NCBI GenBank assembly: GCA_045537235.1
Contig: JAZSPB010000175.1
Location: 2,811 to 66,810 of the forward strand
DNA length: 64,000 nt
Origin: Eubacteriales bacterium
GTDB taxonomy: Bacteria > Bacillota > Clostridia > Oscillospirales > CAG-272
Direction of reading: 5' to 3'
Below the pieces are notes generated by a model. That model was not told where the DNA came from. It worked only from the letters and a program-made list of their open reading frames with translations, and ran no database searches. A program made the position numbers and the translations under genes. This document shows positions 29,845 through 39,600 of this stretch, piece by piece. The first letter of the stretch is position 1. Each line of letters opens with the position of its first letter.

Positions 29845-30657
29845 ATGAAAACGCACTATGAGGAATATAATCATACACTTGGGCAGATACCCTTTGTATT
29901 CAACGATGATTTAAAGCGCACTTCAAGCCTGCGCAGCGAAAATCAGAATTGGCACGAAAATATAGAAATTCAGTATTGTAAAGAGGGTGAAGGTTTTGTT
30001 TTGATCGACGGAAAATGTTACGGTTTCAAGGCAGGCGACATTGCCGTTATCGATTCCAATTCCATTCATTATACCTTCAGTAATACATCTATGGTTTATT
30101 CTTGCGCTATTGTGGGAACCGACTTTTGCAAGCAAATGGGAATTGATTATAATGAACTCGCCTTTACTCCCATATTCAAGGATCAAGAGATCTGTGATAT
30201 TTTTGAAGATATCTGCGTGGAGTATAAAAAAGATTCGCTCCTTCGCACCGCCACTCTTACCTGTTTGTTGCTTAAAATGCTGATCAAAACGGTTCGCTGC
30301 CATTCTTTGCCGAGAGCGGGAAAAAAGGCGGAGAAAAAAGAGTTGAGTATCGTAAAAAATGTTCTTTTATATATTCGCGAGAGCTACAGCAAAAAAATCA
30401 CGCTTGACCGAATTGCCGCCCATGTGCTGGTTGACAAATATACACTGTGCAAAATTTTCAAAAAGATAACGGGTCAAACGGTTTTTGATAATATAAACGG
30501 CTATCGCTGTATGAAAGCTGCCGAATATATTGCCGACGGAAAAACCATTTCGGAGTCGGCCCGTCTTTGCGGATTTGAGAACAACTCGTTTTTCACCAAA
30601 ACATTTAAAAAACACATTGGTGTACTGCCCTCCAAATATCGGACAGCTTTACAGTGA
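29845..30657 (+). CDS. AraC-family transcriptional regulator
   Basis: Cupin NWHENIEI; ISESARLCGFENNSFFTKTFKKHIGVLPSKY. Confidence 0.92.
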   Translation: MKTHYEEYNHTLGQIPFVFNDDLKRTSSLRSENQNWHENIEIQYCKEGEGFVLIDGKCYGFKAGDIAVIDSNSIHYTFSNTSMVYSCAIVGTDFCKQMGIDYNELAFTPIFKDQEICDIFEDICVEYKKDSLLRTATLTCLLLKMLIKTVRCHSLPRAGKKAEKKELSIVKNVLLYIRESYSKKITLDRIAAHVLVDKYTLCKIFKKITGQTVFDNINGYRCMKAAEYIADGKTISESARLCGFENNSFFTKTFKKHIGVLPSKYRTALQ

Positions 30658-30747
30658 AAATATGTAAAAAAGTGAAAATCTTTTTGGGCGCAAAAAAAGG
30701 AGCGTTTTTCTCCGCTCCTTGGGCAATCAAAAAATTAAGGAATTCCT

Positions 30748-30990
30748 ATGTTTTACAACAAATGCGAAAATGAGCTCTGTAATAAGGCAATCGCTTGCCC
30801 TAACTGCGGATACGCCCCACCGACTCACGCCCACCTCGAACCGAAACCGAATCTTGATTTAACAAATTACGGCACACAAGTTGGTACGGCAATTCCTTAT
30901 TCCATCCTTGCATGGATCCGTTCGGGCTTTATCGGTATTACCGCCGACAGTCATGGTACTTTTGTCATTTCATGCATTAAGCTTTATTGA
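30748..30990 (+). pseudogene. Degenerate zinc-ribbon protein fragment
   Basis: MFYNKCENEL...ACPNCG looks like a double CxxC ribbon with the first Cys lost; AAGGA RBS. Confidence 0.35.
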
Positions 30991-32225
30991 AAGTTTTCAA
31001 GCAGATATTTTTCTGCCGCAATGCTCCATAAGCCGTTGTTGGCCTTGACAAAGCCGTCGAGTTTTGAGAATCGCTCGTCCTTTTCTCCAAGCTTTGAAAA
31101 ATCGGCAAGAGCAACAAGCGGCATATTTATATGCGTATAGATCAATTTTTTTCCACCGGGAATATTGGGAAGATTTTTGGTGGTTTCAATCGCAGCATTG
31201 ATTCCGCCGATATGGGTTATCATCGTCGAGGGATCGATCCGTTTTTCACCGATAAGATCAACAATATCCTTCATATCTTCGGGTGTACTTCCGCTTGTAC
31301 CGGCAAAGTGATGCTGTTCATAATGCACGTTATAAAAATTGACACAAGCGGAAAATGCCTTGTCCATGGGCCCCGCAAAAAAATTGAGGCAACCGTCAAA
31401 TGCAAGGAGCGAATCGGCAAGGGTGACAAGCGCAGGAACCGGAGCATAAACAAAAACGTCGTCAAAGCCTTTTCCATCGGTAAGTGCGCGAAGCTCCTCG
31501 CTATCGGAGCTGTTTATAAACACGAGACGTATGCCGTTTTCTGCCTCTCGCTCGGGAGAGAAGATATGCTTTGCCCGTTCAAGCCGCTCATTATCGAGAT
31601 CCGTAACAACAACAACGCTTGGCTTTACCGCGCCGTGGAGCGCACAATCGATGGCAACCAGCCCCATGGGACCGCAGCCCGCAAGGATTGCCACACTGCC
31701 GCCCGCCTTTATATTCATTACGGGAGCTCCGTTTTTATCAAGGTGATAATTCGCCTTATAGCCTCGAAGCACGCAGGATGCAGGCTCAATGAGGGAGCCG
31801 TTGAAGAAGGCGTCACTGTTAAGCTTTATAAGAAAGCCATGTTCGATTGCGTGTTGGGGGACGATCGAATAGGTAGAAAGTCCGCCTATATGCGGGAAGG
31901 TATAGCCTATCGTTTCATATCCTCCGAGATAACTCAATACGGGTGGCATGATCACTTTTTCACCAATGGAGTAATCGTTTTTCCAGCTTTCGCCAACCTC
32001 TATGATCTCTGCGCAGAATTCGTGACCGACAATAACGGGATGCTCCGCAACATCATTCGGAACACGCAAATGCGCTGCTCCCTGCTTGATCGTCTTATAA
32101 GTAGACATACATACGCTGTCACAAACAATTTTTATCAAGATCTCACCCGAGGATATCGTGGGAAGCTCAAACTCCTCAAGCCTTACATCGTTTGATCCGT
32201 AAAGTCTCACTGCCTTTGTTTTCAT
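30984..32225 (-). CDS. Zinc-binding sugar-phosphate dehydrogenase (L-sorbose-1-phosphate reductase-like)
   Basis: MKTKAVRLYG, CDSVCMST, GHEF, AGCGPMG, DGCLNFFAGP, GGKKLIY. Confidence 0.85.
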   Translation of the reverse strand: MKTKAVRLYGSNDVRLEEFELPTISSGEILIKIVCDSVCMSTYKTIKQGAAHLRVPNDVAEHPVIVGHEFCAEIIEVGESWKNDYSIGEKVIMPPVLSYLGGYETIGYTFPHIGGLSTYSIVPQHAIEHGFLIKLNSDAFFNGSLIEPASCVLRGYKANYHLDKNGAPVMNIKAGGSVAILAGCGPMGLVAIDCALHGAVKPSVVVVTDLDNERLERAKHIFSPEREAENGIRLVFINSSDSEELRALTDGKGFDDVFVYAPVPALVTLADSLLAFDGCLNFFAGPMDKAFSACVNFYNVHYEQHHFAGTSGSTPEDMKDIVDLIGEKRIDPSTMITHIGGINAAIETTKNLPNIPGGKKLIYTHINMPLVALADFSKLGEKDERFSKLDGFVKANNGLWSIAAEKYLLENFQ

Positions 32226-32235
32226 AGCACACCTC

Positions 32236-33105
32236 TCAAGCACGTCCGCAGCTACCGAAGGTGCGTATCTTTTCACGGATGACTTCCTTCATTTTGAGTC
32301 GGGCATCCTCAAATACGAACGCGGGCCACGTGGAAGGGTTGGTAATGGAATTGAGCTTGTCTCGGAGCGCCGTGTTCATAGCGCCTACCACATCGGAGTA
32401 AATATTGATTTTGGTAACGCCGTGCTCGATTGCCATCTTCATTTGATCGTCGGGTGTTCCGCTTCCGCCGTGAAGCACAAGAGGGCGGTCACAGACGGCA
32501 ACGATCTCATCAAGACGGTCAATGCGCAGGGTGGGAGTGCTCCTGTAAACACCGTGGCTTGTACCGATCGCTACCGCGAGAGCATCAACGTCGGTAATTT
32601 TAACAAAGCGGACAACCTCCTCGGGAAGGGTCAGTGTATCCTCGGCATTCTCGTTAAAAACAGTAGCCTTTTCATTTCCCACCATGGCATTTCCAACGTG
32701 TCCCAGCTCGGCCTCTACGGTAACTCCATGCGCGTGAGCATATTTCACGACCTCGGCTGTTTTTCTTGCATTTTCCTCAAAGGGAAGCTCGGAACCGTCG
32801 AACATAACCGAGCTGAAGCCGGCATCGATTGCCGCCTTTATAGATTCAAGATCGGTTGCGTGATCAAGATGGAAACAAACAGGAACCGTATAGTGCTCAG
32901 ATGCCGCCCGAACCATGGATGTGATAAGGGGGAGTCCCTTTCCACCCAAATCCACTCCGAGTCCCATGAGAAGTGCCGGAGCCTTTTCCTCCTCGCACAC
33001 ATCAAGCACGGCGCGCATCATTTCATAATTGCTTACGTCAAACGCAGGGAGCGCATAGTGACCCTTTTTTGCGTTTGCAAGCATTTCTTTCATGGTAACA
33101 AGCAT
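32236..33105 (-). CDS. Class II fructose/tagatose-bisphosphate aldolase
   Basis: HLDHA, SSVMFDGS, VEAELGHVG, AIGTSHG, LVLHGGSG. Confidence 0.93.
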   Translation of the reverse strand: MLVTMKEMLANAKKGHYALPAFDVSNYEMMRAVLDVCEEEKAPALLMGLGVDLGGKGLPLITSMVRAASEHYTVPVCFHLDHATDLESIKAAIDAGFSSVMFDGSELPFEENARKTAEVVKYAHAHGVTVEAELGHVGNAMVGNEKATVFNENAEDTLTLPEEVVRFVKITDVDALAVAIGTSHGVYRSTPTLRIDRLDEIVAVCDRPLVLHGGSGTPDDQMKMAIEHGVTKINIYSDVVGAMNTALRDKLNSITNPSTWPAFVFEDARLKMKEVIREKIRTFGSCGRA

Positions 33106-33235
33106 AAAAATTCTCCTTTTCATTGTGTTGACAGACTTCATTTTAGATGATATAATTATACCATTCAAACATTTCGAAAGCAATATTTGTTCGAAATGTT
33201 TAAAATTGAACATTTTTTCAAACATCGGAGGAGAT

Positions 33236-33940
33236 ATGGAGCCGGATAGCAGAAAAAAAGAAATTTTAGATATGCTGTATAAGAAAGGCAAACTCACAGT
33301 AGGCGAACTGTCAAAAACACTTTATGTGTCGGAAATGACGATACGCCGCGACCTTGCCGAAATGGAAAAAGGGGGGTATTTGAGACGTTACAGAGGGGGC
33401 GCCGTACTTAGAACGAGCATTCGAGAGATGCCGATCGCGCAACGGTTCTTTTATGACGAGGAAGAGAAAAAAACGCTATGCGAAAGGTGTGTTCCCTATC
33501 TTGGCGACAATATAACCGTTTATCTTGACAGCTCTTCCACCTGTCTTTATCTTATTCCCCATCTTCAAAAATATAAAAACATCCGCATCGTAACAAACTC
33601 GGTGCAAGCCTTGCTGAACGCCTCCGCTTTTCACATTCCTTGTTTACTTATTGGAGGCGAATATTACGAGCAGGATATGTGTCTTGTCGGCTCCCTTGCC
33701 GAGCAATATGCGAATGAGTTGAATGTCGATGTTGCTTTTTTTACCACGGCGGCATATTCCGATGACGGTGTTATTTCAGATTTTGATATAAATCAGACGA
33801 TGATAAGAAAAATAATTCTGAAAAATGCAAAAAAGAGTATCGTTCTTTTTGAAAGCTCGAAGAGGGGACAAAAGATGACATATACCCTTTGTAGAAAGAA
33901 GGACGTTACCGCAGTTATCGTTGCCAACGAAGATCCATAA
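33236..33940 (+). CDS. DeoR/GlpR-family transcriptional regulator
   Basis: VSEMTIRRDL, YLDSSST, IVTNS; GGAGG RBS. Confidence 0.93.
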   Translation: MEPDSRKKEILDMLYKKGKLTVGELSKTLYVSEMTIRRDLAEMEKGGYLRRYRGGAVLRTSIREMPIAQRFFYDEEEKKTLCERCVPYLGDNITVYLDSSSTCLYLIPHLQKYKNIRIVTNSVQALLNASAFHIPCLLIGGEYYEQDMCLVGSLAEQYANELNVDVAFFTTAAYSDDGVISDFDINQTMIRKIILKNAKKSIVLFESSKRGQKMTYTLCRKKDVTAVIVANEDP

Positions 33941-33964
33941 AATCCCCTCGTATCTTATCCGCAA

Positions 33965-34105
33965 ATACCGAGCTCGTCAAAAAAGGACAGAGAGCTTGAT
34001 ATGCCCCCAAAAGTTAGATGCTTTTGGAGGTGCATATCATTGTACTCTCTGTCCTTTTGCTGTCGGCAAGTAACGATTTCTATTGAATTTCAAAAAACGG
34101 TCTTT
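33965..34105 (-). repeat. Orphan, inverted copy of the family C left end
   Basis: Minus strand AAAGACCGTTTTTTGAAATTCAATAGAAATCGTTACTTGCCGACAG aligns with 21320 AAGGACAGTTTTTGAAATTCAATAAAATACGTTACCTACCGACAG. Confidence 0.75.
33997..34039. mobile_element. 43-bp miniature element / IS scar with TG...CA ends
   Basis: TGATATGCCCCCAAAAG-TTAGATG-CTTTTGGAGGTGCATATCA inside the loop of a larger hairpin. Confidence 0.5.
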
Positions 34106-34279
34106 CGCGTATGTCTCCGTATATCTACCGCATTTTATCCTTTGAGGACTTGCTTTTTCTCTTTCCTTTTTGAGTCCAAGCCTGACCTCTGAAGCGGCAC
34201 CGCCGACAACAAAGGCAACCGCGCCGACTACACTGCCGATTATGACAGCAATGCTCTGCCGTACAGCTTAAAAATCAAA

Positions 34280-35227
34280 TCAGTTACACTCGGCAACAAG
34301 GGGACCCGCAAGTTCGGAGAGGAAGAAAAGTCTGCCCGCGAGTGTGGGAATATAAGAAGATGTTATCCAAGGCGTCTTGCCGTGACGGAGAGTCATCCAA
34401 AGGGAAAGTCCCTGCCACTGCATTCCTCTGCCCAGTGTTCCGTCCGCGCCGCCAATTGCATAGTCTGCTTGCAAGAAGAGACCGGGACCTATTGTGTTCG
34501 CGCGGCAGGGGACGAGAGTGGTTCTCGACTTGAAGCTTGTAAGTGCGTTCTGCTCAACCGTAAGAGGGTGAATCTTCGCACCGATTCTGTAGGGCGCCTT
34601 TTCCCATTCCTCTGCGGTAGCATAATCAGCCGCGAAGGTGGGTTCCCAGAACGCAATGTGGCACATCCTTCCGATACCGTAAACAAGCACGAGCTTTGCA
34701 CCCGCTGCCTTAAGCGCCGCGATCTTTTCGGGATATGTGGGAAGATTTACCTTTGTAGCAAAGTTTCTCTGCTCCTTGGGAACAGTAAGCTCCCCCAGAG
34801 GATTAAAGAGTGCCTGCTCCATAGCGTATCGGAACGAGCCTGTGTTGTCGCCGTCAAGGGTATTCCCCTCTCCGTCAGCCCACTCATCCATATTGAATGT
34901 GTAAACGTGCTCACAAGACACCTTCCACTCCTTAAGGAAGTAAACGACCCACTTGTACATCCCCATAGGACCTACGGGAAGAATGAAAGCAATTTTTTCA
35001 CCGCGCTCTTTAGCAAGTCTTATCTGCATTGCGATCTCGTGACCCATGTAGGTTTCAAATTCGCCAAGGCTCTCGCACTTGACGGGAGTAAAGTCCTTGT
35101 TCCAGAAGGCCTGTCTTTCACAAATTGTCTCGGGTGCGCCAACGCACGCATCAATCTTGTCAAAATCCCACCCCGATGGATAGAAGCCCTCAAGAGCACT
35201 GCCTTTAACTGTAGAATTGAAATTCAT
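34280..35227 (-). CDS. Glucosamine-6-phosphate isomerase/deaminase-family protein
   Basis: [29 protein letters not shown]. Confidence 0.82.
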   Translation of the reverse strand: MNFNSTVKGSALEGFYPSGWDFDKIDACVGAPETICERQAFWNKDFTPVKCESLGEFETYMGHEIAMQIRLAKERGEKIAFILPVGPMGMYKWVVYFLKEWKVSCEHVYTFNMDEWADGEGNTLDGDNTGSFRYAMEQALFNPLGELTVPKEQRNFATKVNLPTYPEKIAALKAAGAKLVLVYGIGRMCHIAFWEPTFAADYATAEEWEKAPYRIGAKIHPLTVEQNALTSFKSRTTLVPCRANTIGPGLFLQADYAIGGADGTLGRGMQWQGLSLWMTLRHGKTPWITSSYIPTLAGRLFFLSELAGPLVAECN

Positions 35228-35549
35228 AATATTGCTCCTTTTATTTTTGAATATTTTGAATTATGTTGTGGGGAACTTGCCTAAACGCTATCATATACGG
35301 TACCGAGCTGTGTGAAGTTGCCCTCTCAATACAGGAGCCTCGATATCTTCAAGATGCCGCGTGTCTATAGGAAACAAACTTGATCTATTGCATCGGATAT
35401 ACTCGCCGTCACCGCCTCGGACGCGTAAGCTATACAAACATCTCCGCCCTCAAGTATCCTTATGCGAGGGGGGGGTTCATTTCCTCTGTTGCGTAGTCCA
35501 TGACCGAATTCGAAGTTATCTTGTTAATGCAATACATCTTCATCCTTTT

Positions 35550-36254
35550 TTATGGAAGCAATCTTTTTGTTGTCTGTCTCAAGTCTGCACGAAAGCATCT
35601 GAAGCCCTCGGCATACTTCACACCGCATTGGTATCCGCGGTATCTTGCAACAACGTCAAGCTTTTCGGTAAAGTCAACGCCATCGTGATCAAGAAGCCAC
35701 TTAAGCTGGCTTTGATGGCACTGAAGCATCGCCTTTTTGGTATCCATCTCGTCGGTAATGTCAACATAGATCTCGGGAACGAATCCCACACCCGAAGCCG
35801 ACTCCATAAAATAAATCGGAACGGTAGCCGTAGGTGTCTCTGTTTTGCTTGGATAATGGGGAACGCCCGCCGCAAAGCTTGCCGCAAAAACAAGCTGATA
35901 GGTCGCCGTGTGGTCGGGCATATAGTCGTCGGGATTGTGGGTAACAATGAAGTCGGGATTGGCATATCGGATGATCTCAACCACCTTGTCAACCGACTCT
36001 CTGTTGTGCTCAAAAATATCAAGATCGTGGAAACCGCCCCAAATGACCTCGGCACCCGATATCTCGCCTGCTTGCTTGGCTTCCTCTCGACGGATCTCGC
36101 CAAGCTCTTTCGGCATGATCTCTACATGACCCAAGTCTCCGTCAGACAGGTGACAGCAAAAAACTTTGTCACCCCGCTTAACGCACTTTGCCACTGTGCC
36201 GCCGCACTCTATCTCGATGTCGTCAGGATGAGCACCGATGAAAAGAACTCTCAT
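35550..36254 (-). CDS. PIG-L-family deacetylase
   Basis: GAHPDDIE, DYMPDH, HQSQ motifs. Confidence 0.92.
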   Translation of the reverse strand: MRVLFIGAHPDDIEIECGGTVAKCVKRGDKVFCCHLSDGDLGHVEIMPKELGEIRREEAKQAGEISGAEVIWGGFHDLDIFEHNRESVDKVVEIIRYANPDFIVTHNPDDYMPDHTATYQLVFAASFAAGVPHYPSKTETPTATVPIYFMESASGVGFVPEIYVDITDEMDTKKAMLQCHQSQLKWLLDHDGVDFTEKLDVVARYRGYQCGVKYAEGFRCFRADLRQTTKRLLP

Positions 36255-36497
36255 GTAAAGAACCTCCTTGTCTCATTTTCTTACATCCAAATTATATCAC
36301 ATATGTACTTGTTTTTCAAGACAACTGAAAAAAAAAGTAAAAGATATGCGTAGTGCCCTTAAGGACAGTTTTAGTACCGACAAAAAAACAAAAACCGCAG
36401 ATTGATTTTCTGCGGTTTTTTTGATATAATAAGTAAGGTGAATTAACGAATGTTCTTTTGATTGAAAAGAAAAAACGTGACAAAAGGAGAATTGGGA

Positions 36498-36929
36498 ATG
36501 TTAGAAAAATCATGCGGAACGATACCTTACACAATAAAAAACGGAACAGTTTGCTACTTGCTCGTAAAAGCAAAGGATGATGGATATTGCGGATTCCCCA
36601 AAGGTCATGTCGAAAAAAATGAAAGCGAAGAAAAAACCGCACTTCGAGAAACATTGGAGGAAACATCAATCCATACTCAAATCAACAGCGCGTTTCGTTA
36701 TGAAACATCCTATCAAATGGGAAATGGAAATACAAAAACGGTCGTGTATTTCTTGGCAAAATTTCAAAATCAAACGCCCAAACGAAACAAGTATTTTGAG
36801 GATTTTTCGTATTTGATTCTTCCGTTTGAAGAAGCGTATCAACAGCTTACATTTGAAAACACTAAACAAATTCTCAAGGAAGTAAATGATTTTTTAACGG
36901 GTGCCGCACCCCAAGCCTCCCTTGTGTAA
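36498..36929 (+). CDS. NUDIX hydrolase (Ap4A hydrolase-like)
   Basis: EKSCG, FPKGHVEKNESEEKTALRETLEET Nudix box; stop codon lies inside repeat B2. Confidence 0.9.
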   Translation: MLEKSCGTIPYTIKNGTVCYLLVKAKDDGYCGFPKGHVEKNESEEKTALRETLEETSIHTQINSAFRYETSYQMGNGNTKTVVYFLAKFQNQTPKRNKYFEDFSYLILPFEEAYQQLTFENTKQILKEVNDFLTGAAPQASLV

Positions 36930-37361
36930 AGGGAGGTGGCACGCGTTAGCGTGACGGAGGGATTGTAATGGAGAGAAAACATAATAAAGGAATTGTTCCA
37001 ACCGCAAAGATGTTACGAAAGAATATGACCAAAGAAGAAAAACACCTTTGGTATGATTTTTTGCGTACTTATCCTGTTCGCTTTTCTCGTCAGAAGGTTC
37101 TCGGAAGGTATATTGCGGATTTTTACTGTGCAAAGGCAAAGCTCGTCATAGAGCTTGACGGTTCAGGACATTATACCGAGGAAGGAAAACAATATGATGA
37201 AGAAAGAACCGCTTTCCTTGAAGAATGCGGATTGACGGTTATCAGAATACCGAATACGGAAATACATAAAAACTTTCGGGGTGTTTGCGAATATATTGAT
37301 CACCTCGTGGAACAATCCCTCAGTCAGCTTCGCTGACAGCTCCCTTTACACAAGGGAGCCT
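36913..37361 (+). mobile_element. Family B element B2 enclosing a DUF559 gene
   Basis: Same left and right arms as B1/B3 with the gene replacing the 23-nt spacer. Confidence 0.75.
36968..37336 (+). CDS. DUF559 / Vsr-like endonuclease-domain protein
   Basis: LRKNMTKEEKHLW, FSRQKVLGRYIADFYC, LVIELDGSGH, DEERTAFL, VIRIPN. Confidence 0.92.
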   Translation: MERKHNKGIVPTAKMLRKNMTKEEKHLWYDFLRTYPVRFSRQKVLGRYIADFYCAKAKLVIELDGSGHYTEEGKQYDEERTAFLEECGLTVIRIPNTEIHKNFRGVCEYIDHLVEQSLSQLR

Positions 37362-37507
37362 TTTTTATGTTCACCTATAACTTGTCAATTTTCCTGACAA
37401 CTACTGACTGAATTAAAGACAACAAGATTTTTGCCAAAAGCAACGCAAAGGCACTTTTGACATTGGCATATCAAAAGCACACTTGCTTACCTTCCGGGAG
37501 GTCAAAA

Positions 37508-37633
37508 AAGCCTCCCCTGTGTAAGGGGAGGTGGCTCGCGCAGCGAGACGGAGGGATTGTAAAAGGTTAGATTATCGCTCAAAACAATCCCTCAGCCGCC
37601 TTCGGCGTCAGCTCCCTTTACACAAGGGAGCCT
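37508..37633. repeat. Family B hairpin repeat, gene-less copy B3
   Basis: Both arms with a 23-nt spacer. Confidence 0.92.
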
Positions 37634-37977
37634 TTGGTTTGTGCAAGCCGTTTATTTGCAAATAGACGGAAATTGGGTTGTAGTCTTTAATTAAGGCATA
37701 CGAAGCACTGCTTTTGTGGACACAAAAGCAAAATACGACATATCCCTTTCGAGATATGCCGTATTTTTAAAAACTGTCCTTTAGAGTACAGCCCACAGTG
37801 GCAATACATTTTTAAGCTTTTGATGCTCACTGCAAACAATTCCCTTTGGCTCTTGCAAAAGCTTTTTTTCGCGATATAAATAACATGAGCGCTCTTCTTT
37901 GCTTTTTTTCCTTATGTTTAGTCGGTTTGGCTTACATCTTGAAACATCTACAAAAAACGTTCCTGTGAACTTCCATA

Positions 37978-39440
37978 TCAAACGAGGGCACCCTCCCCAT
38001 TCCAAAAGCCAACAGAAATCTCGCCTGTCTCCCCCTCGCGGCAGGTTACACGGATCACTTTCTGCTCTCCTCCCTTGAGCATAAAGAAATTATCATCTGA
38101 GAAAAATCGCGACGACCATCGGAAAGATCGACTGTCACGGGATATGCAGGCGTTTCCGAGCAGTTTTTGATGCAGATGTCTGTCCATCCATACGAACCGT
38201 CGAATCCTTCTCCCACACGCGTCACATCCAATGTTGCCTTTCTTGCTGCCATTAAGGAAGGTTTGAGCCACGGACCGTTTTCAAAACGCAGATTCTCCGT
38301 GGGGATGTTTCGGTATTTTTGATAAAGCACCGGGTCGCAAAGCAGAGACGTACACTTATTGAAATAGGTCGATCGTGCAACAATCGTATTGCCGCGCTTG
38401 ATATCAGCCGAAACCAAAAAACAAGTATCGGTAAAGCCGTCATCCATGGTCAGGGAACCCAAATTAATCTCTTCGGCATACGGGCTCGTATACTCGGCAA
38501 AATGCTAAGGTCGGGGTGATATACCGTAAGCACAACCTCGGTGTCCAATAGATCTTCCCCGTTCTGATTAAAAACCTTAACGACAAGCGGCAAGCTCTCT
38601 GGGAGCCGGGATCGACCACTGTTGGCACCAGCAAACGTTTATGGGACGATAGGAATTCTGCACCGCGTAATAGGCGTAAGTGGGCAGATCATTTCCGTCC
38701 ACCGTCCGGATGGCCGTCGTCGTCCACGGACGCTTGAACACCCATGGCATCATGCCGCCGCATCGGGGATAATTCTCCCGCATCGCCTGAATCATAGTCT
38801 GATAGAACTCATAGACTTGAACCTAAGAGGCCTCACAGAGCTCCGAAAGGGTAATGTGACGCATATCCACAATCTGCGAGATTCGCGCGGTCATCTTGCG
38901 GCGATAGAATTGCAATTCATAGTAGTGAGGATCCATTCCCGGTCCTTCAAAATCGCAAAGCGGTACATCTTCGCTCTCTTGGTACACAACACCGTTCTCA
39001 TCCCATAAAGAAAAACAAATCTGAACCGTTCTTTCCTGCACACATCCCGAAAGACCCGTGTCAAAAGCTCTGCAATGATCTGTACGCCTTTCACACGTTC
39101 CCCCGTAAGGCGATAGCTCGGGCACCTGACCGTCGGCAATCTCCACCTCAAGGCGAAGCACCGCGCGGTCATGCTCAATGCTTTCGGTGTAAAGGTACGG
39201 TCGGCTCAGGTGCATTTTGGGAACAAGCTCAAGCCGTACGCTGTTCCAAAGTCCCATAACGATAAAATCACCGTTGCTGGTGTGGCTGTCGCGTATGATA
39301 TTCCAAGGAACAATCTCCACACGATTCCCTCTGTTTTTTCATATGTCAAAGTCCGCCGCCTTGTCGAAGGTTGCCGCCTTGACCTCAACAACGATCTCAT
39401 TTTCACCATCCACGTTCAAAGTATCTGTTAAGGAGGCCCT
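37978..39440 (-). pseudogene. Fragmented GH2 (beta-mannosidase-like) glycosidase gene
   Basis: Colinear fragments in several frames (LNVDGENEIVVEV; GLWNSVRLE; MRENYPRCGGMMPWVFKRPW...AYYAVQNSYRP); much of the catalytic region missing. Confidence 0.7.
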
Positions 39441-39600
39441 CAAGAGCCTTGCCGTGACGAGTTTCGTCGCGGTTGCTTTTTGGTGGCTCGGTGTCGAAAT
39501 GCCTGTGCGGTAAGGTTTTTGGGGATTTGTGGCAGCCTTGTCTTCTTTCACTTTCCCTCGGCATCTAATATTGCGCTTTGACAAATGGATGGCTCTTTTA

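Larger units (their letters stand above)
36353..37789. mobile_element. Cassette C2 bounded by imperfect (17/20) terminal inverted repeats of the C1 family
   Basis: GTGCCCTTAAGGACAGTTTT (36353-36372) and AAAACTGTCCTTTAGAGTAC (37770-37789); TACCGACA motif follows the left end as in C1. Confidence 0.55.

Noticed and set aside
22619..37633. Family B arms with variable spacers as a CRISPR array
   Set aside because: Arms are inverted and dispersed, not tandem direct repeats; no cas genes.
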